A DNA stretch of 64,000 nucleotides from an uncultured delta proteobacterium (GTDB lineage: Bacteria > Desulfobacterota > Desulfuromonadia > Geobacterales > Pseudopelobacteraceae). The notes beneath the pieces were generated by a model that was given only the letters and a program-made list of their open reading frames with translations, had not been told where the DNA came from and searched no databases. Location: NCBI GenBank assembly GCA_963772835.1, contig CAVYYZ010000002.1, positions 384,001-448,000 on the forward strand. The letters run 5' to 3'. The translations under genes and the position numbers were made by a program. This document shows positions 29,069 through 39,420 of the stretch, piece by piece (positions within the stretch are counted from its first letter, which is position 1; each line of letters opens with the position of its first letter).

Positions 29069-31195
29069 ATGACACGAATCTCAACACCAGCACCGACTCA
29101 TCGGGATATATGCGTTATCAGACGTATGTTCGATAAAAAATCGCGGGCAATAGCATGTAAACTGCTCATTCTGTCTTGTCTTCTCTCCTGCTGGGCACCA
29201 TCCGCCTGGGCTGCCTCTGCACCGATTTCCGATGAAAACATTCGTATCAACGCCGACCGCATGAATCAGGATCTGTCGGATGGCGTTTATACCGCTGAAG
29301 GAAATGTGACTGTACTTTGGAAAGGTCAGAATCTCAGCGCTGACACGGTACGTTACGCAGCTACAACTCACATGCTCTATGCAGACGGCTCAGTTGTTCT
29401 GTCAAAGGATACTGCCGTCCTGAAGGGTGAGAAGCTGGTTCTGAACATGGATACAGGTCGGGCCGAAATGGACTCAACTCTGCTTACGGTACCCAATTCA
29501 GGCATGAAAATAGCCTCGGAAAAGCTTATTCGAATAAACGAAAGCGAATTCAATGGAACATTTACGGAGCTAACCACCTGTGACATGCCGGACCCCAGCT
29601 GGAAATTCGGGGCAGACAACCTCAAGGTTAACCTGTTGGGGTATGCCATTGGTCGTCACGTAATCTTCTACGTAAAGGATATACCGGTACTGTACCTCCC
29701 CTGGATCGCATTTCCGGTCGTGATGGAAAAAAGGTCGGGAATTCTTTTCCCGAGATTCGGCTACTCGAAAAGCAAGGGGTTACAGCTTGATCTCCCACTC
29801 TACTGGGTAATATCACCCAGCCAGGATCTTCAGCTTGATCTGGACATAATGTCACGTCGCGGCATAGGAACCGGACTTGATTATCGCTACATTCGAACGC
29901 GCGGCAGTGAGGGGCATGTCAACGCATATCCGATCTACGATCAGCTGGAGAACCGGTGGCGATGGGAATTGGCCCAGGAACATAAAGAAATATTTTCAAG
30001 TGACGAAAATCTGCGCATGGCTGTCAATGCCACAAGCGACCGGAAATTTTTGAGTGATTTTGGTGAAAAGAACGGCGATTACAATCGGCAATCGAGTGAC
30101 ACCACAATCAACACTCTGAAAACGTGGCAGAATTACGCCGCCACCTCATATCTTCGCTATAGTGAAGATCTCTATGCAACCGATAACCGGGCGACACTTC
30201 AGACTCTGCCATCACTTGGTGTAGCGGCTGTTCGACAGACGCTCTTCTCAACGCCGCTCTATTTTGATCTTGACGGGTCTGCAGAAAATCTTTATATCGA
30301 ATCGGGCCCCAGCGGTCAGCGTCTTCATCTTTTCCCCCGTGTCACCATCCTCCCATTCCAGAGCCCCTATCTTCAGACAACACTGTTTGCAGGAGCCCAT
30401 ATCAGGGGCTATACAACGGAGAAGCGTGACAGCAGCACCGGTATCCAGGCAAATGACGGAGACTTGATACCGGAGGTCGGCGGCCGTCTTTCAACATCAG
30501 TAGTCCGCATCTACGACGCCGATTTTTCTCTGCTCAAAAAAATAAGACACGAGATAATTCCTGAAATCAGCTACAGTAATGTGCCTGCGCGTGATCAGCA
30601 GCGCCTTCCTTTCTATGACTATGCCGACAATATTATCCATCAGAATATGGTTTCTCTATCGGTTACGAACTTGCTAAACGGCAAGTTCGTATCCGGTGAT
30701 ACTTCTGAATATCGTAATCTTTCGAGAATCAAACTGAGCGCAGATTTTAAAATCGCCGGGGAGCGGCGGGACCAGTTAACACTGGTAGAGAGTCAGCGCC
30801 CCTGGAGTGACCTGAAACTGGAATCGGACACGTGGCTGACCAAACAGCTTCGTCTTACGCTTGATTCGCGCTATAACCTCTACGAGCATCACCTGTCTAC
30901 GGTAGAAACAGGCATTGAAGTCAACGACCAGCTGGGAAACTCTATCGGTGCGGGTTATCAGATGGCCCGCAACGAAGTGGAATATTTCGAAGGGAAATTC
31001 TCGACCAAACTGATCAAACCGCTTACCCTGTCTTATACCGCCCGCTATTCGTTTGATAAGCATGATTTTCTTGAATCTGTATATACCGCCGAATACCGCC
31101 ATAAATGCTGGAGCGTAAACGTTACGGCTCACCAGCGGGCCGGAAATCAATCGTATACCATGAATTTCAACCTGGCAGGATTGGGGAGCAAATAA
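29069..31195 (+). CDS. lptD: LPS-assembly protein LptD (start may be 29126)
   Basis: OstA-like N-terminus, TTCD..PSW, RSG.LFP and Y...CW barrel end. Confidence 0.9.
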   Translation: MTRISTPAPTHRDICVIRRMFDKKSRAIACKLLILSCLLSCWAPSAWAASAPISDENIRINADRMNQDLSDGVYTAEGNVTVLWKGQNLSADTVRYAATTHMLYADGSVVLSKDTAVLKGEKLVLNMDTGRAEMDSTLLTVPNSGMKIASEKLIRINESEFNGTFTELTTCDMPDPSWKFGADNLKVNLLGYAIGRHVIFYVKDIPVLYLPWIAFPVVMEKRSGILFPRFGYSKSKGLQLDLPLYWVISPSQDLQLDLDIMSRRGIGTGLDYRYIRTRGSEGHVNAYPIYDQLENRWRWELAQEHKEIFSSDENLRMAVNATSDRKFLSDFGEKNGDYNRQSSDTTINTLKTWQNYAATSYLRYSEDLYATDNRATLQTLPSLGVAAVRQTLFSTPLYFDLDGSAENLYIESGPSGQRLHLFPRVTILPFQSPYLQTTLFAGAHIRGYTTEKRDSSTGIQANDGDLIPEVGGRLSTSVVRIYDADFSLLKKIRHEIIPEISYSNVPARDQQRLPFYDYADNIIHQNMVSLSVTNLLNGKFVSGDTSEYRNLSRIKLSADFKIAGERRDQLTLVESQRPWSDLKLESDTWLTKQLRLTLDSRYNLYEHHLSTVETGIEVNDQLGNSIGAGYQMARNEVEYFEGKFSTKLIKPLTLSYTARYSFDKHDFLESVYTAEYRHKCWSVNVTAHQRAGNQSYTMNFNLAGLGSK

Positions 31196-31240
31196 TCTGT
31201 CAGCATAATCGCAACCCTGGTTTGGCATTTGAGCCGGAAT

Positions 31241-31276
31241 AAAAAACGGGCGTCGGCATTTAATGCCGACGCCCGT
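31241..31276 (-). terminator. intrinsic terminator between convergent genes
   Basis: 15-bp inverted repeat ACGGGCGTCGGCATT/AATGCCGACGCCCGT next to an A-run. Confidence 0.8.
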
Positions 31277-31321
31277 GTAAACGTATTACTGAAGAATTCT
31301 ACATGCAGCCACCTGTTGAAC

Positions 31322-31627
31322 TCACTTTTTGTGACATTGCTTGCACTCTACAGGCCCTTTGTCATTCAAATCATGGCATGGAATGCAGAGTTCATGTGCA
31401 GTCTCTTTTCCCCACCCTTTAATTTTACCGCCATCAGCTTTGTGACAATGGAAACATTCGCTGCCGTTATTAACCTGGTGCTTCCAGTGCTGGAACGGCA
31501 ACTGCACCGCTCCCATTTTCATATGTATGACTTCAGGACCGGCCCCCTGGGGGGTACTACCGGCATAGGCGGTCGAACAAACAAAGAAGCTGGTGAGCAG
31601 GACTGTCAACAACAACATTTTCGTCAT
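31322..31627 (-). CDS. triheme cytochrome c7 (PpcA family)
   Basis: Signal peptide, F.H..H, three CxxCH motifs (CFHCH, CIPCH, CKQCH) and GP..C. Confidence 0.93.
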   Translation of the reverse strand: MTKMLLLTVLLTSFFVCSTAYAGSTPQGAGPEVIHMKMGAVQLPFQHWKHQVNNGSECFHCHKADGGKIKGWGKETAHELCIPCHDLNDKGPVECKQCHKK

Positions 31628-31683
31628 AATGTAAGAACTCCTTCGGTAGCTGGTAGAAAACCGGACGCATTCCAGCTTCTGTA

Positions 31684-32460
31684 CTATTTTTCTTTTTTGA
31701 TCGTAGAATCTTCCAGTATTGCGCTGTACTTGTATCCGCCGCCAAAATCTTTATCCTTGGCAACTACTCCGCTGACCGTCACAACATCATCCACATCGGC
31801 CACTGCCTGTGAGGTACAGACGAGATCATGGTTGTTTTTGGCATTGGAACCGCTGCCATCCTGAATATGAATCCAGTTTTTTCCCATGATGCCGATAGCG
31901 ACCTTGACAACTTTACCTTTCACAACAACCTTCTTCTTGTTCAGCTTGCCGCTGTTGGCAAAGATTTCCTGAACTGTGTACGCATTCGCTCCGGAGGCCT
32001 TGGAGACGGATATTTTTACATTCTTGTCCGAGGCTGCCGCTTTGCTGCCGCCGGAGACATTCTTATGGTTATCCTTTGTCGAAACGGCAGGAACGCTTTT
32101 TGCTGGACTGTCAGACACAACGGCATCGGCAAAAATAATCCGGTCGAATGTGCGCTTAAGGCTCTTGCTCTCAAAGTTGCGCATCTCCATGCCTCCCTTA
32201 AAAGTCACCTGGGAACCTACCGTGACAGGAGTTGCTGAAGCTGCGACCCACACTTTTTCTCCATCTTTCTTCTGAATATACACATAGGTATACCCACCGC
32301 TATCCATAGTCTGAAGAACTTTGCCGGAAAGAGGCGCCGCCGCAGGTTGCGAAACAGCCCCTGAAGCGGGCGCCGCTGCTTTGTCCGGCGTGGCCATTAC
32401 AGCCGTTACTAAACTTAATGCGATTACACAGGAAAGTGACAGTATAAGGTTCTTTTTCAT
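31684..32460 (-). CDS. exported protein with two OB-fold-like domains
   Basis: Signal peptide, GKVLQTMDSGGYTYV, GKNWIHIQDGSG and KDFGGGYKY. Confidence 0.8.
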   Translation of the reverse strand: MKKNLILSLSCVIALSLVTAVMATPDKAAAPASGAVSQPAAAPLSGKVLQTMDSGGYTYVYIQKKDGEKVWVAASATPVTVGSQVTFKGGMEMRNFESKSLKRTFDRIIFADAVVSDSPAKSVPAVSTKDNHKNVSGGSKAAASDKNVKISVSKASGANAYTVQEIFANSGKLNKKKVVVKGKVVKVAIGIMGKNWIHIQDGSGSNAKNNHDLVCTSQAVADVDDVVTVSGVVAKDKDFGGGYKYSAILEDSTIKKEK

Positions 32461-32547
32461 GAATTCCCCTTTTTTGTATTTACCAGCTATACTTGGCACA
32501 TTATCATATTTCACCTCGCTCGGCACTCAAAAAAAACAGGAGTACTG

Positions 32548-33681
32548 ATGTTCAACCGGCTCTATGTCCATGTCCCGTTCTGTATAGAAAAATGTCATTA
32601 TTGTGCCTTTGTCTCAACCACTCCGCAAAACAACGAGCTTGCAGAATACCCCGGTTTCCTCTTGAATGAGTTTCGGCTTCTTGCAGCTGATTCCGAACCG
32701 CTTGATTCAATCTATTTCGGCGGCGGGACTCCCTCATTGCTGCAACCGCAGCAACTGGCCCGACTGCTCGAGGAATGTGCCGGCCGGTCAGGCATTACTC
32801 AAGGTGCAGAAATAACCCTTGAGGCGAATCCCGGCACAGTCAGCCGTCTTTCTCTGAAAAATTTCCGTACCTCAGGCATCAACCGGATTTCCCTTGGAAT
32901 CCAGTCATTTGAAGACCGTTATTTGAACTGTCTCGGGCGGATTCATACATCAGAACAGTCCCGGCAGGCTTTTCTGGATGCCCGCAGAGCCGGTTTCACT
33001 AACATCAGTATAGATCTTATACACTCCCTTCCCGGTCAGAGCCTCGATCAATGGCGTTCAGACCTGGAGTACGCAATACAGCTCTCTCCGGAACATATTT
33101 CAATCTACGGACTAACGGTGGAAGAAGGCACCCCTTTTGCGCGCATCTACCACCCGGACAGCCCGGAATTGGTCGATGACGACCTTTCGGCAGACATGTT
33201 TGAACTGGCCGATGACCTTCTCTCTGCATCCGGTTTTGAACATTATGAGATTGCCAACTATGCCCGGCCCGGGTTCAGATCTCAGCACAACAGCGGCTAC
33301 TGGCTGCGTGACGGATACAGGGGCCTGGGCGTTGCAGCACATTCTTTTCTGAGGGAGGGGTATGGAGTGCGCTTCAGCAATCCTGACACTCTCGAAGAAT
33401 ATACCAGGGGGGTCAGTTCCGGGAAGCCGGCACGAATCGGCGAAAATCAGCTGACGCAGCGTGATGCGATGGCGGAATTTATGTTCCTGGGGCTGCGACT
33501 GGCCGATGGAGTGAGCCGGTACGCTTTTGAACGCGAGTTCGGCCGGGATCTGGAGTCAGTGTATGGATCAGTAACGGCTGATCTTGTCCGTCTCGGATTG
33601 CTCGTTTCAAATGATAGTATGTTCTCATTGACACGCAGAGGGATGTTGCTTTCAAACCAGGTTTTTGCAAGATTTTTATAA
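32548..33681 (+). CDS. hemW: radical SAM heme chaperone HemW (HemN-like)
   Basis: LYVHVPFC...C.YC.F, YFGGGTPS, YEIANY and HNSGYW. Confidence 0.9.
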   Translation: MFNRLYVHVPFCIEKCHYCAFVSTTPQNNELAEYPGFLLNEFRLLAADSEPLDSIYFGGGTPSLLQPQQLARLLEECAGRSGITQGAEITLEANPGTVSRLSLKNFRTSGINRISLGIQSFEDRYLNCLGRIHTSEQSRQAFLDARRAGFTNISIDLIHSLPGQSLDQWRSDLEYAIQLSPEHISIYGLTVEEGTPFARIYHPDSPELVDDDLSADMFELADDLLSASGFEHYEIANYARPGFRSQHNSGYWLRDGYRGLGVAAHSFLREGYGVRFSNPDTLEEYTRGVSSGKPARIGENQLTQRDAMAEFMFLGLRLADGVSRYAFEREFGRDLESVYGSVTADLVRLGLLVSNDSMFSLTRRGMLLSNQVFARFL

Positions 33682-33846
33682 TAAAAGAGCGTTGATGATA
33701 GCGTCTTGACAAGCTCGATCATTTGGGTTTATTCTCACACCTGATCAAGTATTATATGAGTACGGTGCACTGAAGAAACGGGCATCACCTGTTGGTTTTA
33801 ACCACCCCCTTTTTAGCGGGGGGAATTCGCTCCATAGGAGGCAGGT

Positions 33847-34314
33847 ATGAAAAAAGTACTTTTGGGATTGGCGCTGAGTGTAGTTGTAACCGGCACTGCA
33901 TTTGCCGGCCAGGCAGCAAGCAACACCGGTTGCGGACTTGGAACTGTCATTTGGGAGAATAAGGCAGACAACTCGGTTATATTTCAGGCATTGCAGGCCA
34001 CAACAAACGGCACATCGGGCAATCAGACCTTCGGCATCACTTCAGGAACCTCAAACTGTCAGAAGCCGTCGAAGATTGCTCAAAATGAAAAATTGATTAA
34101 CTTTGTACAGGCCAACATGGACAACCTGGCACAAGACATCGCCATGGGCAAAGGTGAGAGCCTTGACACTTTTGCTGAGATGCTTGGTGTAACTCCCGCA
34201 CAGAGTGCGGCATTCAACGCAAAGCTCCAGTCAAATTTCGGGAAAATCTTCACCTCTGAACATGTTGTTCTCGCAGAAGTTATTGATAATGCTGTAACTG
34301 TTGCCAATAACTGA
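33847..34314 (+). CDS. DUF3015-family exported protein
   Basis: GCGLG and TNGTSGNQTFGITSGTSNC. RBS AGGAGG. Confidence 0.88.
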   Translation: MKKVLLGLALSVVVTGTAFAGQAASNTGCGLGTVIWENKADNSVIFQALQATTNGTSGNQTFGITSGTSNCQKPSKIAQNEKLINFVQANMDNLAQDIAMGKGESLDTFAEMLGVTPAQSAAFNAKLQSNFGKIFTSEHVVLAEVIDNAVTVANN

Positions 34315-34333
34315 TTTCTGTTTTCAAACCGTT

Positions 34334-34372
34334 AAAGCAGGCACACAGATACCCGTTTGTGTGCCTGCTTTT
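34334..34372 (+). terminator. terminator/stabilising hairpin
   Basis: AAAGCAGGCACACA / TGTGTGCCTGCTTT arms. Confidence 0.7.
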
Positions 34373-34426
34373 CGTTTCACCGCCAGGAACCCGCTCATCG
34401 TGATGCATAATGCCTTCAAAAAAATC

Positions 34427-36325
34427 ATGCGTGAAAAACCATTCCATATTGGAGCGCTTACGCTTGCGCTCATATTAGCGGCGGTTCCGGCCTTCAGCCA
34501 GGATCAATACTATGTCGAAAACCTGATCCGTGAGGCGAAACAACTCAAACTTCACGAAGAACGAGGATGGAGAGCCCTTCTCCATTACGGAAAGACATTT
34601 ACGGGAAGATACAAAAGCAAAATCGATGACAAGAAGTTTTTTACTTCGCCTGAGGGGAGAAATGATCCCGCAGCTGAGCTGGAATCAACATTACGGAGCT
34701 TTTTTCTAACCGGTTCCCCGGATGGGCAAAGCAGCCTCTGCCGGTTTTCAGCCCGTTATGCCTGGCTCGCAGATCGTCTGCATATTGATCCAGCACAGCT
34801 TCCTGCCGCTTCATGTTCTGAACGGGATAAAACATTCGAAGCTATTGACGCACAATCCGCCGTCCTCGTTTTTCCTGTTGGGCATATCAACAGTCCGGCC
34901 TCCATGTTCGGCCATACCCTGATCCGGATCGACAGCAGCAGTAAAAGCAGCCTTATTTCGTATGCAGTTAATTACTCCGCTGCAAATACCGATTCAAACG
35001 GACTTTCTTACGCCTGGAAGGGCCTTACGGGGATGTATAAGGGGTTTTACTCCCTGATGCCGTATTATGACAAAGTGCGGGAGTATAACGATCTTGAACA
35101 TAGAGACATGTGGGAATACAGGCTGAATCTTACTGCCCCGGAAGTAAAACGAATGCTCGAGCACATCTGGGAGCTCCAGAACATCGAATCTTCATACTAT
35201 TTTATGGACGAGAATTGTTCGTATAACCTGATGTTTCTTATAGAAGTTGCCCGGCCCGAATTACAGCTGACTGACAAGGTCGGCTTATTCGTCCTGCCAT
35301 CGGATACGGTCCGGATAGTCATTAACAGCGGCATCGTTGAGGATGTCAGATACCGGGCTTCTCAGGGGACCAGACTCAGGAAAATGATCTCGCTGCTTGA
35401 TCCGGACGGGCAAAAAACAGCGTACGATATCTCCTTCCAGAAAGACGACCCCGCACGAGTGAAAAACAGTTCTGTATCATCTATCGAAAAAATAAAAATC
35501 CTTGATCTGGCAACCGGATTCGTGCAGTTCCGGTACAGCCGCAAAGAAATTGAAAAGGATGTCTACTCCCGCTCGTTTCTCAAAATATTGAGTGAAAGAA
35601 GTACTCTGGGTGCCGCCCCGGAAGATCTGTACGAGACAGAGGAACCTGCCAGGCCGGAAGAGGGGCACGGAAGTACACGAATTTCCATGGCAGCCGGAGT
35701 GCACGGTGGTGAACTGTTCGGTGAACTGAACATTCGACCTGAATTTCATGCGCTTCTTGATCCCGACCAGGGGTACCTGCCTGGTGCCCAGATAAAATTT
35801 TTTGATACAGCCGTGCGCTATGGTGTCGATTATGAAAGATTTTATCTGAAGACGCTGCACATCATCGACATTGTTTCAATCTCCCCCCGGGACACATTTT
35901 TCAAGCCGTTATCGTGGAAGATCAATACCGGTTTTGACCGTGAGATGCTTCACAACAAAGAAGAACATCTCATCTATCGCATAAATTCCGGAGGAGGTTT
36001 TTCATATGCCTCACCCTTCGGGGGTATCTGGTATCTGATGGCTGAACTCGATGTTAATGCCTCTCCCGAATTTCGTGCATTTGTAACCGCAGCACCTGGA
36101 TTAAGCCTGGGAGTTGCTGAACAGATTTCCGGCAGTTCGAAAATACTGCTGAACGTGTCCGGCTATTGGTATGGGCTTGGCGATGACCGTACGTCCATAA
36201 AAGCGGCTTTCGGTCTGAATCATCGCTTAACACAAAACAACAGTCTTTCTCTCGAGGCTTCTCAGGAATATATGAACCGCCATCCTCTTTCGGAAGTAGC
36301 ACTGCGCTGGAACTATTACTATTGA
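34427..36325 (+). CDS. DUF4105-domain protein with probable C-terminal beta-barrel
   Basis: W..LLHY, SMFGH and YYFMDENCSY. The C-terminus has alternating strands and ends WNYYY. Confidence 0.82.
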   Translation: MREKPFHIGALTLALILAAVPAFSQDQYYVENLIREAKQLKLHEERGWRALLHYGKTFTGRYKSKIDDKKFFTSPEGRNDPAAELESTLRSFFLTGSPDGQSSLCRFSARYAWLADRLHIDPAQLPAASCSERDKTFEAIDAQSAVLVFPVGHINSPASMFGHTLIRIDSSSKSSLISYAVNYSAANTDSNGLSYAWKGLTGMYKGFYSLMPYYDKVREYNDLEHRDMWEYRLNLTAPEVKRMLEHIWELQNIESSYYFMDENCSYNLMFLIEVARPELQLTDKVGLFVLPSDTVRIVINSGIVEDVRYRASQGTRLRKMISLLDPDGQKTAYDISFQKDDPARVKNSSVSSIEKIKILDLATGFVQFRYSRKEIEKDVYSRSFLKILSERSTLGAAPEDLYETEEPARPEEGHGSTRISMAAGVHGGELFGELNIRPEFHALLDPDQGYLPGAQIKFFDTAVRYGVDYERFYLKTLHIIDIVSISPRDTFFKPLSWKINTGFDREMLHNKEEHLIYRINSGGGFSYASPFGGIWYLMAELDVNASPEFRAFVTAAPGLSLGVAEQISGSSKILLNVSGYWYGLGDDRTSIKAAFGLNHRLTQNNSLSLEASQEYMNRHPLSEVALRWNYYY

Positions 36326-36368
36326 ATACACGGTTCATTCACGTTGGAGAAAACAACCTTCTTTCTTC

Positions 36369-36396
36369 TTGCCACTCCCGTCAAAGCATTTATAAT
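36369..36396 (+). promoter_or_regulatory. sigma70-like promoter, near-leaderless nuoE transcript
   Basis: TTGCCA-16 bp-TATAAT, with the ATG 8 nt downstream and no SD sequence. Confidence 0.45.
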
Positions 36397-36404
36397 ACCA
36401 CTCC

Positions 36405-36911
36405 ATGATCCCCGAACTCCTCAAAGAATCTCTTGAACAACGTGTTGCTGATGCGGCCACCAATCGTGAAGCGGCAGTTGACATCATGAAAGAACTGCAG
36501 CGCTATTACGGGTGGCTGACTGATGAAGCGCTTGAAGAGGCATCTCAACTTCTTGGTTTGTCGCCACTCCAGGTGGAAGAATTGGCCACGTTCTATGAAA
36601 TGATCTATCGACGCCCGATTGGCAGCCATGTTGTACATGTATGCGATTCCATTTCCTGCTGGGCTGCGGGGGGCGAAACACTGTTGGAATCCCTGTCACT
36701 GCTTTTGGAAACAGAACCGGGCTCCACCACTGTTAACGGCGCCGTAACCCTGCTCCCTTGTTCCTGCCTCGGCAACTGTGGCGAAGCTCCCTGTATGATG
36801 ATCGGAGACAAACAGTATGGCCGTATGACTCCGGAAACCGGCATGCGTATAGTAACTGCTCTGCTGAATAACTCCGCTGACAATAGCTCTCTACATCCAC
36901 CACTTGTCTGA
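36405..36911 (+). CDS. nuoE: NuoE-like [2Fe-2S] subunit
   Basis: ATFY, VCDSISC and CLGNCGEAP. Confidence 0.9.
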   Translation: MIPELLKESLEQRVADAATNREAAVDIMKELQRYYGWLTDEALEEASQLLGLSPLQVEELATFYEMIYRRPIGSHVVHVCDSISCWAAGGETLLESLSLLLETEPGSTTVNGAVTLLPCSCLGNCGEAPCMMIGDKQYGRMTPETGMRIVTALLNNSADNSSLHPPLV

Positions 36912-36989
36912 ATGCTTTCATAATGCTATTGTGCTATCTTGCTGCACTCCTCCACCGGGAGGACAACTACCTGAATTAAAAAGGAGAAC

Positions 36990-37292
36990 ATGATGAAAAA
37001 ATGTATGATTATGGCAACTGTTGCAGTCAGCTTCAGCTTGATGTCGGTTGCTGCGTTTGCAGCAGAGACAGGTGGAGAGGCTATCTTTAAAGCAAAATGT
37101 GCTGCCTGCCATCCTGATGGCGGCAATATTATTAATCCCAAGGAGACCCTCAAAGGCATCAAAAACGCAAAAAAAATCACCACGAAAATCCGCAAGGGTG
37201 GCGGCGGCATGACCGCCTTTGATGTCAAAACTATTTCTGATGCTGACGCAAAACTTGTTGCTGAATATATCATCAAAACCTTCAAGAAGTAG
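36990..37292 (+). CDS. monoheme class I cytochrome c (c6/c553-like)
   Basis: Signal peptide, CAACH and axial Met in GGMTAF. RBS AAGGAG. Confidence 0.92.
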   Translation: MMKKCMIMATVAVSFSLMSVAAFAAETGGEAIFKAKCAACHPDGGNIINPKETLKGIKNAKKITTKIRKGGGGMTAFDVKTISDADAKLVAEYIIKTFKK

Positions 37293-37342
37293 TCTGATCC
37301 GCCGGGGAGACGTCTGATTCTGTCTTCCCGGCGGTCATATTC

Positions 37343-38620
37343 ATGGAACAGATCCTGTTCAAACATACACTCGCCGGACGATGCCTTACTTTTGACGAAT
37401 ACCGGTCAACCGGTGGATTTGCTGCGCTTGAAAAGGCGTTCAGAAATCTGACGCCTGCTGAAGTGCAGCAGAATGTGATCGATTCGGGCCTGCGGGGGCG
37501 AGGAGGGGCAGGGTTTCCGACCGGCAGGAAATGGTCATTCGTCCCGCGGGACCTTCCCGGCCCCCGTTATCTGATCTGCAACTGTGATGAGATGGAACCG
37601 GGCACCTATAAGGATCGCGTGCTGTTGGAACGGAATCCTCATCTGCTGATCGAGGGTATGGCTCTGGCATGCTATGCTCTCGGAGTGAAGCATGCTTTTA
37701 TTTTCGTTCGCTCAGGATATGAGCTGGTTGCCGAAAACCTGAAAAGATCAATTTCCGCTGCCAACAGGTCCGGCTTTCTCGGGAACAACATCCTTGGGAG
37801 CGGTTTCAGCCTCGAGCTGGTCGTACATCAATCTGCCGGCCGTTACATCTGCGGTGAGGAGACCGCTCTGATCAACGCTCTCGAAGGGAAACGCGCCAAC
37901 CCGCGAGCAAAACCCCCGTTTCCTGCGGTCAAAGGGCTCTGGGGTCAGCCGACCGTCGTCAACAACGTCGAAACCCTCGCAAATATTCCTGCAATCATCA
38001 ATTATGGACCTCTCTGGTGGAAAAACAGGGCCGCCACTCCTGAGGCGGCAGGCACCAAACTCTTCTGCATCAGCGGGCATGTCGTCAATACGGACTGTTT
38101 TGAGCTGCCACTCGGCATGACACTTGGTGACATTATTGACGGCCCCTGCGGCGGCATGCGCCCCGGAAGCGTTTTTAAAGCCTGCATTCCCGGCGGGGCT
38201 TCTACACCCTACTTCACCGCCGCGCATCGTGACGTGCCAATGGATTTCGACCCGGTGGCACAAGCCGGCTCGCGTCTCGGAACGGGAGGAATCGTCATAT
38301 TCGATCATGCTACCTGCATGGTTGCGGTAACGCTCAATCTGATCCGTTTTTTCACCCGTGAATCGTGCGGGTGGTGCACCCCCTGCCGCGAAGGACTCCC
38401 CTTCGTTCAGCACACTCTGGAACGGATAGAATCGGGACGCGGCGAGGCGAGAGATATTGATATCCTGCGGGAGCATGTCCACATGCTGAATTACGCCTTC
38501 TGTGCACTTGCTCCGGGCGCAATGGGCCCGGTTGACGGGCTGCTGAACCATTTCGAGGACGAACTGCTGGAGCATATCTCGGCAGGGAGCTGCCCGTTCA
38601 AGGGAGCACCCATCAGCTGA
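37343..38620 (+). CDS. nuoF: NuoF-like FMN/NADH-binding subunit
   Basis: GLRGRGGAGFPTG, GRYICGEETAL and ESCGWCTPCREG. Confidence 0.95.
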   Translation: MEQILFKHTLAGRCLTFDEYRSTGGFAALEKAFRNLTPAEVQQNVIDSGLRGRGGAGFPTGRKWSFVPRDLPGPRYLICNCDEMEPGTYKDRVLLERNPHLLIEGMALACYALGVKHAFIFVRSGYELVAENLKRSISAANRSGFLGNNILGSGFSLELVVHQSAGRYICGEETALINALEGKRANPRAKPPFPAVKGLWGQPTVVNNVETLANIPAIINYGPLWWKNRAATPEAAGTKLFCISGHVVNTDCFELPLGMTLGDIIDGPCGGMRPGSVFKACIPGGASTPYFTAAHRDVPMDFDPVAQAGSRLGTGGIVIFDHATCMVAVTLNLIRFFTRESCGWCTPCREGLPFVQHTLERIESGRGEARDIDILREHVHMLNYAFCALAPGAMGPVDGLLNHFEDELLEHISAGSCPFKGAPIS

Positions 38621-39414
38621 TGTTTTTTGTTCTTCGTACAGTTTTTTTTCTGCTGGCTCTGGCAAGCACATCGTTTGCCCTTACCGAAATACGCACCATT
38701 CCGACCCGTCCAGGCGTGACGATGGACTTTCTTGCCATGCTGCCCGAAAAAACGGGCCTGAACGATGCGCTGATTTTTTTCCCGGGCGGGAACGGCGCAG
38801 GGCCGTATAAAATGACCGAGGATGGAGTCGTCAGCGGCTGGAATTTCCTGGTGCGAAGTTCAGAAAACTTTATTCAGAGCGGTTTTTCAGTTTTCACCGT
38901 TGCTCCCCCTTCCGATCACCCGACCGGAATGGGGACAGGTTTCCGGGAGTCCCCCGAACATGCTGAAGACATTGAATCATTGGCGGTCTACCTTGAAAAA
39001 CAGGGGTATGAGCGTATATTTCTTGTCGGCAACAGCCGAGGAACTCTTTCGGCAACCTTCCTCGGCACGCGCCTGAAGGACAGTCATCTAAAAGGGGTCA
39101 TCCTGACATCGGCGCTTGAGTACGATAACTTCCTGCGCTGGCTGCCGCTCGAACAGCTGCGGCTCCCTGTGTTGATGGTTCATCACCGGGATGATGCCTG
39201 TCGAGTCAGTTCAATTGAAGAAGCACGATTGACGCAGGCCGCTCTCAGTGCCACCACCGTGGTAGACTTTACCGAAGTCAATGGCGGTGCGTATCCCCGC
39301 TCGGCACCCTGTGACAACCTGAGCGCTCATGGTTTTTTCGGAGTGGAAGATAAGGTTGTTCAGGTCATCTCAGACTGGATTGGTGGTCGCAAGACCCCGG
39401 ATAGGATCGAGTAA
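38620..39414 (+). CDS. exported alpha/beta hydrolase
   Basis: Signal peptide, FPGGNG, GNSRG elbow, HHRDDAC and HGFFG. Confidence 0.85.
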   Translation: MFFVLRTVFFLLALASTSFALTEIRTIPTRPGVTMDFLAMLPEKTGLNDALIFFPGGNGAGPYKMTEDGVVSGWNFLVRSSENFIQSGFSVFTVAPPSDHPTGMGTGFRESPEHAEDIESLAVYLEKQGYERIFLVGNSRGTLSATFLGTRLKDSHLKGVILTSALEYDNFLRWLPLEQLRLPVLMVHHRDDACRVSSIEEARLTQAALSATTVVDFTEVNGGAYPRSAPCDNLSAHGFFGVEDKVVQVISDWIGGRKTPDRIE

Positions 39415-39420
39415 GCATAT

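Noticed and set aside
23760..33788. Identical 13-mer AAACGGGCATCAC in two intergenic regions
   Set aside because: Matches of this length are expected by chance in 64 kb and the flanks differ.
37748..38671. 307-aa antisense ORF and similar long shadow ORFs (8578-9225, 24637-25314, 55412-56110, 60610-61227)
   Set aside because: They lie opposite well-supported genes, have no recognisable motifs, and are expected from codon bias.
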